This document shows, in pieces, positions 47,701 through 60,994 of a stretch of 64,000 bases of DNA. Position numbers and translations under genes: made by a program. The notes beneath the pieces are model-generated. The model searched no databases and was not told where the DNA came from. It worked only from the letters and a program-made list of their open reading frames with translations. Position 1 is the stretch's first letter; every line of letters begins with the position of its first letter. The DNA comes from Asterias rubens (Eukaryota). The stretch is taken from positions 16,554,001 through 16,618,000 of the forward strand of contig NC_047072.1 of NCBI RefSeq assembly GCF_902459465.1, read 5' to 3'.

Positions 47701-50700
47701 CACTTCGTTTCTTCTTACAAGACACTTCATACCTTCTTACATTTTAAAACCTTTACTGGACAACACAAACGAAAACAAGTATCTGACCGCGGAGGAAGGA
47801 CCTTGTGGATGGGGGAATGGTTGACATTTTATGTGAGAAAGTCTTAAAAACTAAGACAAAATATTCAGCTTGTTTATGATGCTTAAAAAAAAAAAAAAAA
47901 AAAATCAACATGTTGTGTTTGTGGTCACATGGTTATTCGTTTGACTTGCTTCCACACACGACTACCAATGATGTCACTCTTCTCTTTATATACAAGTTTA
48001 TGCAAATCATACAGATTTACAAACAAAAGGAAAACAAGACGTAAAAAGAACTTTCCAAAGAAACTTGAGCAGGTATTTTGCCACTTTTTTCCCTATGTAT
48101 TCCACCAATAGCAACAGTTTTACAAACTACTTTGTTGAACAATTTGTGTATACAAATTGTGTCGTCACAGGGCCAGCTTAGATTAAAAACAAGGGGAAAA
48201 GATAACACTGATTTTACAAACTACTTTCTCAAACAAGTTGTGTATTAACAATCTGTGATGTCACGAGACCAGCTGACGTAGTTCATTGAACCAAGCTGCA
48301 CTGGACTTTCGGCATTATGTTGAAGCGCTTGCACTTTTAATTTAATAAAAACCCTTCTACCCACATTCGAATTTACGTTCTTTACAAATATTTACCAAGT
48401 CCGAAGATTAAGCAAACACAAAACGAGTACAAAAAGAGAGAGTTGTAAACCACCGCAAAACTTCAACTAGCGTTTATATTAAAAAAATTACAAAGTAAAA
48501 AAACAAGGGAAAGGAAAAAGAGCTGTCGCCAGAATCTAATAAACAATAATCACATCACGTAATCAACACTGGCCTGAGATTGAAAACAATGAACATAGGA
48601 CCTAATCAACACTCTGCCGATGATCTAAGATTGAACAGCAACCATCGTCTGCGCGTCCAGCATTATTATCTTTCCTTATTTTATTAAGCTATAATTACAG
48701 CAAGTGATGACGGTCTATGACGTTGAAGACATTCAAGATAATATTTAATAATTATGTTTTAATATTATTTGGAGTCAGGATGTGTAAGTTCAATGACTGT
48801 GCTTTCCATATTCTTTAGAAATTTGTTTTGTTCATTTAATAATCGTCATCGGAACAGGAGCCACGACAAAATCACACACACAATGGAACCTTTATAAGAG
48901 CGGTATTGACTCAAATATATTCAGCTCTTGAAATTTTCAAGAGAGGACAGTTCAATTAATTTGTGATATAAGTGAGCTTCCTCTACCCGTCATATGGCAG
49001 CGTCCCATTACACAATACAACAATGAATACAATTTGAATAGAAGTTTCGATCGGCGATTTCTTTGGTATCAGTTCTGTGTTTTGTAAGAGTGCATTACTA
49101 AGTTACAGAAAACATCTAAAGGCGACGTATTAAGTTTCTTTGTTTGTGAGAGCAATGTTGGACAGTGAAGCAAACCAAAGTAAAGTTTACTGTACTGCAT
49201 TGACTTTACAAAAAGATAAGAAAACCACACAATATTATAAACCAACAAAAGTTTAAAAGAAACAACAATTTAGTTGAAGTATAAGTGTGAAGCGACAGCG
49301 ACGGTAACAGCGNNNNNNNNNNNNNNNNNNNNNNNNNNNNNNNNNNNNNNNNNNNNNNNNNNNNNNNNNNNNNNNNNNNNNNNNNNNNNNNNNNNNNNNN
49401 NNNNNNNNNNNNNNNNNNNNNNNNNNNNNNNNNNNNNNNNNNNNNNNNNNNNNNNNNNNNNNNNNNNNNNNNNNNNNNNNNNNNNNNNNNNNNNNNNNNN
49501 NNNNNNNNNNNNNNNNNNNNNNNNNNNNNNNNNNNNNNNNNNNNNNNNNNNNNNNNNNNNNNNNNNATGTAAATCTAAAGAACGTTCTTTAAGCAGTTTA
49601 GAAAATTTCCCAAAATGACAACAGAAAACAATTGTGATTATTCACATAATTATGTACAAATGACATTGTAAGATGATTCATAAATACCCCAGGCAGTTCC
49701 GCCATTCGGCCTTCAGCTCGGGCCTTTATCGCACGACCACGGCCATTTAACAAACTAGTCGCTACCCTTTTATTATCTTATTAATTAGCGAAGCCAAACG
49801 TAAACCAACAAGTAACTTTATGCAAACACGATTTACAAAATCAATATAGTCCCTCATGTTGAACAAATATTAATTAGAAAAATAATGTTCATGTTCAAAC
49901 ATACATAACGTGATCGTTGAGCATACTTAAATGTACTGGACGCTATCGGTATAAACTCAAAATAATTGTTAGCATAAACACTTACTTGGTACTGTGGGAA
50001 ACAGCTCCCTCTGAAGTAACGTAGTTTTTGAGAAAGAGATGATTTCTCAGTCAAATAATAAAATAATCCAGGCCTGAAGCATTTTCATACTATTATAATT
50101 AAAGCACACACATTAATGTGCATAAAGGATGTTTTTCTTTTGTTATCGTCATGCAACTTCGATGACCAATATTGAGCCCAAATGTTCACATGTTTGTTTT
50201 TATGTGCATGTGTTAAGATACACCAAGTGAGACGACTGGTCTTTAACAATTACCATTAGGTGTCGGAAGTGTCTTTAACACGTTGCATCTATATCAACAT
50301 CTTCAATAGCAATTAAGATATTTACAACGAGTTAATGAGATATCGATTTGGATATAGGTGCTTTTAATATTTGTTTTAATCATCAAGACATACATTTATG
50401 CAAAAGAACAGCTTCACTGATGTTTGCACTGTACTTCACTGATGTTTGCACTGTACTTCACTGATAGCAGATAAATTATGCACAGCACAATTAAAGGCAG
50501 TGGACACTATTGGTAATTGTCAAAGACCAGTCTTCTCACTTGGTGTATCCCAACAAACTAACAAATCTGTGAAAATTTGGACTCAATTGGTTATTGAAGT
50601 TGCAAGAGAATAATGAAGAAGAAAAAAACATCACCCAGCTGCATTACTTTGTGTGCTTTCAGATGCATAATAAAAGGCTTTTTTTATTTGAGCATTTGAG

Positions 50701-53700
50701 TGAGAAATTACTTCTTTCTCAAAAACTACGTTACATCAGAGGGAGCCGTTTCTGACAATGTTTTAAACAATCAACACCTCTCCACTACTCGTTACCAAGT
50801 AAGTTTTATGCTTACCGACCTGCAATAAAGTAAAAATATCCTTTTTTCCTTCAAGTTTAACATTATTTTGGAAACCCTCTTATGCGTGTACATAAACAAT
50901 CAATAAACAAAAAGAGCAAAGTTAAAATAAGCAAAGGAGGGAGATACTTAAAGATTGCAATCCGAAGGGATTGTTATTGGAAACTGTTTTGGATCTTAAA
51001 ATGTTTTGCTTTTAAAAATCCGGGACATTTACTTCCAAGGTTTTTTGGTTAGATGTACGGGCTAGATTATGATCAAAGCATGCAACCCTTCAATGTTTGA
51101 TCAGCTTATAGGTCATGCAGCCAACTCTGCAATTACTATCTATAAATAAACAGTAAGCGGGCTATTTTACGTTTTTGTTTAAATCAGAGACGGATAAGTT
51201 TCATTTCTGTTCTTGACACACTTAAGTGACGAACCATTTCTTGAATTAGTTGTAAATACTTCTTATCTTTTATCAATGTAACAATTCAAGTTGGGTTGTC
51301 ATAGCTTTTAAACAATTAGGACAACGAAGCTCCAGAAAATGTAAAACCCATAAGAGGTAAGCTGCAGTTTCCATTTAGAGACGTATAAGTTTCATTCCTG
51401 TTCGTAACAAACCTAAGTGACACACGACTGCTGGAAGTAATTTTAAATACCTTTGAACTTTTGTCATAGTAAAAGTTTAAGTAGAATTATCACAGCTTTA
51501 TAAGTTGATTTAGCACCTTAAAATGTAAAATAACGAACAGATATAGAGAAAAGCTGCAAATTTAATTGATTTCAACTGTCTTCCATTTATGATTTACACG
51601 CACCCACACGTGATAACATTATTACACTATTTCTTATCAGACTGGTGAGAAATATAAGAACGTATGGGTTACAACAAAACAACAATTATATGTGTGACTG
51701 TTTTAGTATGCATCATTTGTGAATTGTTTTGGGAATATTTTACCCATGGATATACTACATAAAAAACCTATAGATAAAACCTTAAACGGCACTAAAATCG
51801 TTTCTCAAAGCCAATGTCGGCATGTTATAAGGTTAATGCCATTGACACGACTGTAATAAACACTTAGGCCTATATTGCATTTGCAAGTAAAATCCTTTTT
51901 CTAGACTTCGTGGTCGACATACTAAACTTAAAGCACATTATTCATTTTGGATGTCAATATATAACTAAACATCTCACACTACTGTCAGGAAGTGTTGTAT
52001 AATAACACAGTTAAACCGAACCAGGAATGCTGTTAATGGATTGGAGTATATTAGACCGAATGTTCAATGATTTATTCGTGACTAACTCAAACGAGTCGTG
52101 CACAGTTGCTCTTCTCACTATTCATTATCCAAGTTATTCAAACTCCTGGTACGACCGATGTTTAATGGCACGCTATATGAATTATGATATAATAATCAAT
52201 TTTTGCCACTGTTTATGTTGAGCGGTCAGGGCCCCACAAAGTGCAGTTAAAGCGATTTGAGCGAGATAAACTTTGTCCACTGTACGGACAAAACTATTCA
52301 GACAATTTTGGCTTGTTGTCAACAAACTTGAAATTGTTTAAACTAATGTACATATATTTTTCTGTCAACTCGAATAGGGTCTGTTTATATACGTTTGGTA
52401 AGGACTTTGTAATGTAATGGTTATAAAACACTTACTTGGTAATCAGTACAACAGCATTTTTAGAATCAAACGTTTTACCTTGAAGTAATGCGGTTATGGA
52501 CAAATATACAACTTGTATCTAAATTTTTGAATTTGAATTCGAGAAGAGTTACCGACGTTTAAAGGTTAGTTTTATGGTATCTACTAATATATAGGATTGA
52601 CAAAAATAGTGTTTTACAATTACCACACAAATCCAATCCCTTTAAATAATGTTTTCAAGAAAGCATTTTTTTTTTACATTCCGGTTTTGACTCACAGCTT
52701 TCTGTTGAGAATTACTGCGTCTTGTGCCAAATATTAAAATAATGTTTTAGAGCATTACTTTAAGGCTAAGTGGCGGTTGGATATTGACCAAGAATGTAAA
52801 GTGTTTGTTTTGGTCATCACAAAAGGAAACTTGTCACAGAAAAGAAAATTGAGCTTGTCGAAGAAATAACTGCTTCTTGTGCCAAAATGAAAATGTTTCG
52901 GTCATTACAAAAGAAATCTAGAACAGAAAATGAAATTGAGCAGGGAAATAACTGCTTCATGTGCCAAAATCAAATAGTGTTTTTAGAGCATAACTTATCA
53001 GGCTAAGGGACAGTTGTATAATGACAAAATTGGTCAAGTGTTTGTTTCGTTCTTTAAAAGAAAACTATAGGAACAGAAAAGAAGACTAAGCAGGAGAAGG
53101 ACTGCTTCTTGCGCCAAGATGAGAACGTATTGTTAGTGCGTTGTAAGGGCCAGTTGGTTAATGACAAAAAGGGTCAAGTGTTTGTTACGGTCATTACAAG
53201 AAGACTAACTTGTAACAGAAAAGGAAATTTCCTTGACGTCGGGCACTTCAACGTCAAGATCACTTAGTAATTACTATCGCTTTATTTCCCCAGGGGTCAA
53301 GGGGTGTACGTCCTAACGGATTTACGCTAACTGCACCAGACTTATTAGCCGTCATCACAATTGCATTAGGAACGGTAAAAGCAGAAATGGTTACCAGACG
53401 GTGGTGGGGACAATATTTAAAAAAAATGTACTTATAAGTCTCCAAAATGATACAAGATGCTGAAAGGAAAACAAGACAGTCTTAAGACACTGTCGACCAG
53501 CTACAGACTAAAGAACACAAATAGGCCTACAATACAATTCAAGATTATTGTATCACATATTACATAGCTACACTCTGGTTCTAAACCACACACGATGTTA
53601 GACTGGTTATACAAGTCCTTTAGTCCGCAACTCATGTCATGTAAAGCATTAGATGCCAATATTACGCTATCGTACAATCACTCGTACGATCACTAGACAG

Positions 53701-56700
53701 AAAAGACTCGCCACTTCAACGCATCAACATTCCACCAGTATTTAGTTTAGCTGATATTTCAAGTTCAAATTAATATCACATAAACACAACCCCGCTGTCA
53801 TGATGTTTATATGAAGTCCAAACACTTCATAGTTAAAGAACCAGACGACTCTTGGTCAAAATACTTTTTGTTCCCTTCCATCAAAACACGTGTTTACGTT
53901 CATTTATTTGAAGTGCGAGCGCGGAGAGTAAAAACCCGACGGCTCTTGAATGGTGCATATTTCGGCTGCTCGGCAAAGAAAAATGTTAATAAAGTACGAT
54001 CACATTGAAGTGATTTATAAGTCTCAAAGACTGACAGGGGATTGAATTAAAGTGACCTATCAGTTGATAGTACAGATGCAAGGTTTGGGTTACTCACATT
54101 TTGTTTTCTTTCATGGAGGTTGCCAAATAGAGAACTGCGACGCAAGGGTAGTACACCACCTTAATAAGAAAGATAAATACGAAAAATAATTAAATTCTGG
54201 CTTGAAGATGATGGATTGAATATTAACATTTCCGTTGAAAATCATGAAGAGTGCAGACAAAATGACTTGTCTTCTATAAGAGACAAAACCTAGCTGAAAA
54301 GGAACATTCGAAAAGCAAAAACCTGGTCTTCCAATTATTTTAAAGGCACTGAAAAAACGTTTGATAATTGTCAAAGACCAGTATTCTCACAGTAGACTCA
54401 CTTGGTGAATCCCAACATAGGCTATGTATAAAATAACAAACCTTTGAAAATGTTTGCTCAATTGGCCATCGAATTTGCAAAAACACCCTTGTTACCCAAA
54501 ATTATGGTGCTTTTAAATGCCTATAATAAGAGGCTTCAGGCCTGAAGTCTTTTAATATTTGAGTGAGAAATAACTTCTTTCTAAAAAACTACGTTACTTC
54601 AGAGGGAGCTGTTTCGCGCTATGTTTTTTTACTTTCAACAGCTCTCCATTGCTCGTTATAATTTTGAGTAATTGACAATAGTGTCCAGTGCCCTTCAATC
54701 TGTACTTTATTTCGAGAAACTACAACCTGTTGGATTCATCCTGAAATTTGTGATGAAGTAATGGAACTGCAACAATTAATTAGTTAAACATGACCGACTG
54801 GTTGTCAACACGGATAACACGGGTAAGGGGACACCATTTCAACCGATTGGTTTTGCAATACGGAATTACAATGGTAAGAAAACCCCGGTCGAAACCTGGA
54901 AAGCTGAGCCTTTCTACAACTTTCAAACTCTCGAATAATGAGAGTTTTATTCATGAGTCTTGCTAACGATCATTAACCTTGACTAACCTATTAAACACAC
55001 TTGAGTTATCGTCAGTTCGTGACTATCAAATGGCCATAGGTAATGACAGAGTTAGCATTATGGAAATTATACAAGCATCATTTACGATCAGTAAAAACTG
55101 AAATATTATGGAAATATTATGGAGACGAAGATATGGGACCATTATTCGTCTCCCTTAATTTGCATATCAGTTTGGATAACTAGGGCTTGTTTTGGTGCAA
55201 TGCAATATAACATTATCAACATTTCTTGGGGGAAAATAAACCTCAACAATGCCCCCCCCCGAATATACCATAGCCTACTTGGGGAAGTTGCTGAGCACTG
55301 ACACATAATTTTGATTCCCGGCCAAAACGTAATAAAGTTTCCTTTTTTTTGCAACTGGTGCCTATTATGTCACGTACAACGTATTAACCGATATTGGTAT
55401 TATACCAGTACTGGTGTAGTAATACGTTTGTACATGACAAAGTAATGTTCGTCTAGACAAAAATTATTTTGGTGACACTATTTTACTCATTTCTCAAAAA
55501 GTACAGCACCTCTCAGCAGGTGCTTTAAGGGAAGCTTAAACTGCCAGTTAATTTACATAAAGATACTATAATTTAATCACATTTTTCTTCGTTCTCTGAT
55601 GCAGGATTCCACATTAAAGACACGTGTGGTAACCCCAACGTAGCTGTGACGTCATCACTTGATTTTATCACTAGTTCAGCCAACCTTGGAACTTGTAAAA
55701 ACGAGTGAGTAAAATTAACAGAAACTTGTTGATCTTTTTTTTCCCCAATTTGTTTTCAAGAATGTTTTTAACAAGTTTTTCAAAGTGGACTTTTACTGAA
55801 TTTATTTTGGTCACAAGTCCCAACTTGGACTTTTTTAAAGGTCACTTGAATGTCAAAATGGGATAGAAGAATTCCCTGCATTAATTTCCAATTGTAATCC
55901 AGATATATAAGAGCTCATTGAGTCAGTACGAGCCTTCAAACTGTAGTCATAAGTATTACTTATTCGGCAAACATTAGACAGTAAAACAAAACAGTGTATG
56001 ACATAAGTCAAAATGACCAAGGATATACATTAAAGCCAGCAACACATGCCTGAAAAAAAAGTTAAACTTATAACAGCGGCCATCATGGGCCTTCGTAGTC
56101 TCCGTTCACATCATACATGAAGTGTAGTCGGGATCCCAAACGCTAAAAGGCAGTGCGTTTTTATTTGTAGCCTAATATGAACTATCCATGCACCACAATC
56201 TAGATTATGTCCACATAATAAACCTGCACATGGTGTGTCTGAAAGCTTTTGTTTGAATGACTAATAAAGACCACACAGTAGGCCAAGGTTTCTTTAATTG
56301 TTGCTTACAATGCTTTGCAATCTGAATATACCATTGGCAATCCCAGCTGAAATGCACAATGGTTAAAGGAACAGTACAGAATTGATAAGAAAAAATACCG
56401 TCTGAGATCACAGATTAACATGAAACTTTCACTCTGTGATTTTAATGATAGTAGAAAACATCCATGGAAATTATTATGGTTTCTGAAAAACAAAACTAAT
56501 TTCCCGTTTGGAGTTTATCGCTCAGTGAGCGTGTTATTCCATTTTTTCAATCGAATTCATGCAAAAATTTCATCTGTTTTTCACTATTCTCTCGTGACCC
56601 AGATGGCCAATCGATCTCAAACTTCTACAGGTTTGTCAGTTTATGTATATGGTCGATTACATAAAGTGCTTACACTGCCAGCAACTGTTTTAAAGGATTT

Positions 56701-59700
56701 GTATACATTTGGTAATTGGAAACCTTTGTTTGATTCAATCATATAGCTCACGCATACCATGAAACTAGCCAGTGAAAATATCATTATTTTAAAAAGTGAT
56801 GAGTTTCCAATAATCGCAGTACTTCGAAGTGACCGGTTTTTCAAAATGCATTATACAATCCAAAGCGGCTGTGCTAGTTCTTACCAAGTAAATTTGTATT
56901 GCATTTGATTTCCAGAGTCATTACCAATCGTTTACAGATTCTCCAAACGAGGTTATCTCAGGCCTGTATGCTTCGTTTTTGAAAGGGCAAGTTAGTGCAC
57001 CAAGGCATTTTTTCTTTGTAAAGAGCACCCTACATTGTAAAGTTCAACTGGGACATTTCAAGGGCACAGAGGTAACGGCCAGGGGCACGAAAGCAATCGC
57101 CTGTCGCAATATTTTAATAAACTTGTCTCATCCCTCTCATTTCTAACAGTTCAACGACAACAACCAGCAGTGGCAGATTGGGAACTATTGTGGCGGTAGT
57201 AGGTCCAGCTACAAGTAACGCAGCTGTATCGGTGGCGAGTCTATTTGAGTTGTTTGAGTTACCGGAGATTAGTTACTCAGCAACCAGCGAGTTACTCAGT
57301 CACTCCAGTTTTAGGTATAAATAAAAGTAACAAATAATTATAATAACAATAGTAATTTTTGTCTGCAATGCATGTTTGAATTGTGAGACCTACTCATTTT
57401 ACATAGCACCATTTAGTGGTTTAGGGCCTACAAGGTGTTGTGACGCACCAGTAACACCGGGGAGAAACCCCTTCGCTTTGTGATAAGTACACTTGGTTCC
57501 TGTATGTGCATTACAAAACACACGGGACCAACGGATTTAGGTCCCATCCGGAGGACGAAAGAAATCCAGTTTCCCCATTGTGCGTTCGGCGTTCCATAAT
57601 CTGTGGATCTCGCGACCCATAGTTCCATAGGTGTTATTTTAGAGCACCTCTCAAAAGATTCAACCCATAATAATGATTTTTGTTTGTGGACGTTTGTTTC
57701 CAGTTATTTCACGAGAGTGGTACCAAGTGACATCCACCAAGCCACCGCACTAGTCGACATTGTGACGCATTTTAACTGGTCTGTCGTGGCCACCGTAGCT
57801 ACAGATGACTTGGCTTACGGAGTTCCTGGTTTAGATCGATTTCTGTTGAAGTCGAAATCAAATGGTGTTTGTGTTGCGTTGGAGAGTCGCATTGGAAGCA
57901 GTACTACTAAGGAACAACTGATTGATATCGTCAACCAAATCAGGTTAGTTGAACTGAACAACAGAGGGCGTCCTATTATTTTCTCGAACAGATCCGTAGA
58001 TAATTGTTTGCAACATCACAGCCCGAGTTTTGTCAACCAAGGTTAAAAAGCTATGGACAGCCATAAGTGCAGGCTGACAATAGCCAATCCTCCCTTATAG
58101 TGTACAAACATTGGACTAATATTGTCTAAGGTTATACAAATAATTTACATAATATGATACAGTGCATAAAGCAGGAGCTCTTTGAAAAACACACAGCATA
58201 AAACATTATTTAAAAAAAGTCTTTACATATCCCTTGAAAATCTGAGGAGAGCCAGCATGACCCATACGAAGAACATGGTTATTATGTGAAATTGTTTGTC
58301 TCTTGTCCTTCCAGGTTGGACTGACACACCTCTTGATGACAGTGCAGGCACTTTTGTCAGTCCTGGCAAACCTGGATTGTTGATGTCTTTCTGTTGTCCT
58401 CAGTCGTGTAGTACTTTGTCTTCTCTTTTACTGCATGTCCTCCTTTTCTTATATCTTGATGTATCTCCCTTTTTAATGTTTTCCAATCCAGATGTATACA
58501 TTTATATATTTAATGTTTTAAGAGTTTTACCCTTTACGTATACAATTTTTTTATTTTTTTATTTTTATGTGAATTGCCAAATAAATAATAATAATAATAA
58601 GAAGAAGAAGTAAGTCGTCACATATTAAGGAGCAATGATGTGGCTCTTTGACCATAGAATTTAATTTAAAATAAATTAGAGTGTAGGAATTGGCCAGCAC
58701 GAAGAGGACGAAAAACAATGACTTGCACAAATCAATAAATTGCGATCCAGTAACCAGGCCAATTTCTTCTCGTAACAAAATATGAAACAAGATGTGACAT
58801 CACTAACGATACCCCGTTTGATCTCTTTTATTTCAGAACCTTTCCGAAGATCAAAGTGATTGTGGCGTTTGCAAATGAAGCTCCAATGTTACGTCTTCTC
58901 GATGCTTTTGCGGAACTCAATGCAACTGGGTATACATTCATAGGTACAGACGGTTGGACAGCCTCACCTGTTCTGACGTCAGATTCAAGGATTTCCAGAG
59001 TAACTCGTGGGATGCTGGGGTTACGTTACAGAGCACAAGAAGTGCCAGGCTTCTTGGAATATCTTCATGGAATATCACCAAGTAAAATTGAATACCAAGA
59101 TCCATTTCTTACAGAATATTGGCAGGAGACTTTTAACTGTTATATTGATGACGGATCGAATGGGTCTGGTGTCTTCACCAAGCAATGCACTGGCGATGAG
59201 ATGTTACCAAAAGAAGACACTTTCTTCAAAGGAAATTTAGTCTCTTCAATTCTTGATTCTGTGTATGTTGTTGCGTTTGCTCTTCACAATGCTTTGAAGT
59301 GTAACTCAACAATGTGTGATGCAAACTCAGGTGATGTGAATGGTAGAAACATCTTATCCCTTATGAAAAATGTCAGTTTTCTTGGTTACTCTGGCTTCAA
59401 TATAGAACTCACGACTAACGGAGATTTGGGATCCAGTGCTTCTTATGATGTATTTAATCTCCAACCTGTTTCATTGTGCTCAAATGAAACAGTTACTGAA
59501 CGAGTTGGTAGATGGAACTTAAACCAAGCATTTACAATCAATGGTACTATAACATGGCCAAGTGATGACTTATGTTCACAAACAGCGCCCTCTATTTCCA
59601 TCTGTAGCGATCCATGCCAGCCTGGTTACCGTCTTATAAGCAGCAGCCAATCCAAGTCCGAGTGTTGTTGGAACTGCGTCCAATGCCCAGATAACCACTA

Positions 59701-60676
59701 CACTATGCGTATAAACGCCCTCACGTGTTCAAGTTGCCTGAGTGAGGAGGTTGTTAATGCAGAGCGAACTGGGTGTGTCCCTCTGCCCACCGTCTACCTG
59801 ACTGCAAACAGCCCGCTGGGTATCGTCATTTTAGCTTTATCAACTCCAGGAATCCTCATAGCTTGTGTGTTTGGTACAATCTTACTCTGTAAACGTAACA
59901 CACGGGTTGTGGTTTGCGCTCATGCCGGTCACAATGTCGCCATTTTAACCTCTGCCGTCCTATGTTTTATAATGTCATGGATGCCTTTGTTTTCGTCCAC
60001 TGACATCTACTGTATCATCAAAGCTGGCTTGCAACTTTTACCACTGGCTCTGCTGCAAGGAACTTTAGTAATGACTGCGTACGTGTCATACAAAGGAAGA
60101 CAATACGTAACTGTCAAAAAAAGAGTATTTATAATGCTACTGATAACATGTGTGTATTGTACGTTTATAGCCGTTTGGTTTGTGACCGGGCTTCCTCGAT
60201 CCTCAAGAACACCAGATAGAATGGCAAGATTGGTTTACATAGATTGCAATGAGGGAGAACTCTTCGCTATTGCGCTTTCCTTCAGTTACAGTATTCTGCT
60301 TGATATCTTCGGTCTCTTTATCGCATTCAAGACAAGAAAGAAAGAGGATAACTGCAGAGAAGGAAAATTCATCTTCTTCTCTTTTATAGTCCATATTATG
60401 GTATGGGTTGCAACTATTGGAATCCAGTTTGCCATCAAAGAAGGGAAACACACACGTCCATTTATTTTGGTGGTGGGGATTATTTTCTCAGGGTATGTGC
60501 CGCTCATGTTGTTGTTTGTTCCCAAACTGTATGCTTTGAAGACCAAACCAGAAGCCAATAGCAAAGTGGATGCAAAGATGAAGAGGAAAATCACTGGAAA
60601 GCATCGGGGTAAAGGAGCAAAAAGAAAGTTTATACCTGAGGTAATTAAACATTCTGATTTAGTACCTGCACAATGA
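41747..60676 (+). CDS. Class C GPCR (Venus flytrap + cysteine-rich + 7TM), CaSR/amino-acid-receptor-like; short isoform 911 aa
   Basis: Exons 41747-42137, 55605-55704, 57150-57314, 57704-57943, 58837-60676, phases consistent (2736 nt). Motifs: signal peptide, GEFYLGGLFDIH, AMVYAIELIN..LLPNITLG-FHIKDTC, VVGPATS, ISYSATS, RVVPSD, GTDGW, CSDPC..CCWNCVQCPDNHY, then seven hydrophobic helices with NCREGKFI and FVPKLY. Confidence 0.9.
44696..44787 (+). repeat. L2/SINE-type 3' tail with (ATT)n microsatellite
   Basis: gcgcttagag...aggcgctttacaaat followed by about 17 ATT units; a similar tail lies at 35375-35432. Confidence 0.65.
45338..45851 (+). mobile_element. Kolobok-type MITE, family B, carrying a nested family E insertion (45651-45820)
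   Basis: TTAA flanks and both TIRs present; about 170 bp longer than sister copies. Confidence 0.8.
46210..46490. mobile_element. MITE-like family H composite
   Basis: 46305-46460 is the reverse complement of 18391-18637. Confidence 0.55.
47208..47583 (-). mobile_element. Kolobok-type MITE, family A
   Basis: TTAA flanks, TIRs, near-identical to 8351-8728. Confidence 0.88.
49313..49566. other. Assembly gap (254 N) in GPCR intron 1
   Basis: Run of N. Confidence 0.99.
49931..50274 (-). mobile_element. Kolobok-type MITE, family B
   Basis: TTAA flanks, reverse-oriented body. Confidence 0.72.
50495..50812 (+). mobile_element. Kolobok-type MITE, family B (right TIR lost)
   Basis: TTAA-AGGCAGTGGACACTATTGGTAATTG, body ends after aagttttatgct. 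Confidence 0.78.
51187..51565. repeat. Degenerate ~190-bp tandem duplication
   Basis: gagacg.ataagtttcatt.ctgttc at 51187 and 51377; aagctgca closes both units. Confidence 0.65.
52710..53220. repeat. Degenerate ~150-bp tandem repeat (about 3.5 units)
   Basis: actgc.tcttgtgccaa recurs near 52713, 52869, 52951 and 53101. Confidence 0.7.
54344..54694 (+). mobile_element. Kolobok-type MITE, family B
   Basis: TTAA-AGGCACTG...GTGTCCAGTGCCCT. Confidence 0.78.
56367..56690 (-). mobile_element. Kolobok-type MITE, family F
   Basis: Reverse complement matches 27578-27949 (ctgacaaacctgtagaagtttgagatcgat.ggccatctgggtcacgaga). Confidence 0.75.
56694..56945. mobile_element. TTAA-flanked MITE-like element (family G)
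   Basis: TTAA-AGGATTTGTATACATTTGGTAATTG ... CATTACCAATCGTTTACAGATTCT; imperfect TIR related to families A and B. Confidence 0.5.
57395..57560 (-). mobile_element. SINE-like central fragment
   Basis: Homologous to 15035-15195 (acacgggaccaacg..t..gtcccatccg). Confidence 0.7.
58200..58800. mobile_element. L2-like remnant (minus) interrupted by a plus-strand LINE 3' end with (AAT)n(AAG)n tail
   Basis: 58225-58270 and 58625-58710 match 25295-25450 (cccttgaaaatctgag; ggctctttgaccata; gattggccagca); the insert spans about 58300-58610. Confidence 0.5.
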
Positions 60677-60854
60677 TTGATTAATATTTGTTTAAATGGG
60701 AGATCACCTAAATTTACAGGGCGGGTGAGGGCCACCAGGGGCGCTTGCCACCTTCTCCTTGGGTGGAAATGGTTACCCCTTCATAGTCCGTAAGTGAGGT
60801 AGGCATGGGTTTCATCCACAGGAGCCTGACTGGTAGAGCATAATGCACTACATC

Positions 60855-60955
60855 CCGTATGTTAACGAAGATTAGTTTGGTGCCTTGCATTCAAGGGCAC
60901 AAAATAAAGTCATGACCAGAAATCGAACCCACATTCTGCTGCTGATAATACCAAG
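60855..60955 (-). mobile_element. tRNA-derived SINE 5' fragment
   Basis: Minus strand gtgggttcgatttc (B box) followed by gtgcccttgaatgcaaggcac. Confidence 0.55.
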
Positions 60956-60994
60956 TTAATCAAACCAAACAACCGACCAACTCCACTGAACACA

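Larger units (their letters stand above)
42198..57107. repeat. Cluster of ~170-bp family E elements (CAGG..CCTG termini, hAT-like): 42198-42300 plus 42884-42924, 43326-43487, 44895-44945, 45651-45820 (reverse), 56959-57107
   Basis: Shared text gtatgcttcgttt..gaaagggcaagggcaccaaggc and caatcgccttcgttgcct.cgtgaagtat. Confidence 0.65.

Noticed and set aside
53260-53445. Possible nested minus-strand exon in GPCR intron 1
   Set aside because: No convincing acceptor or partner exons could be assembled.
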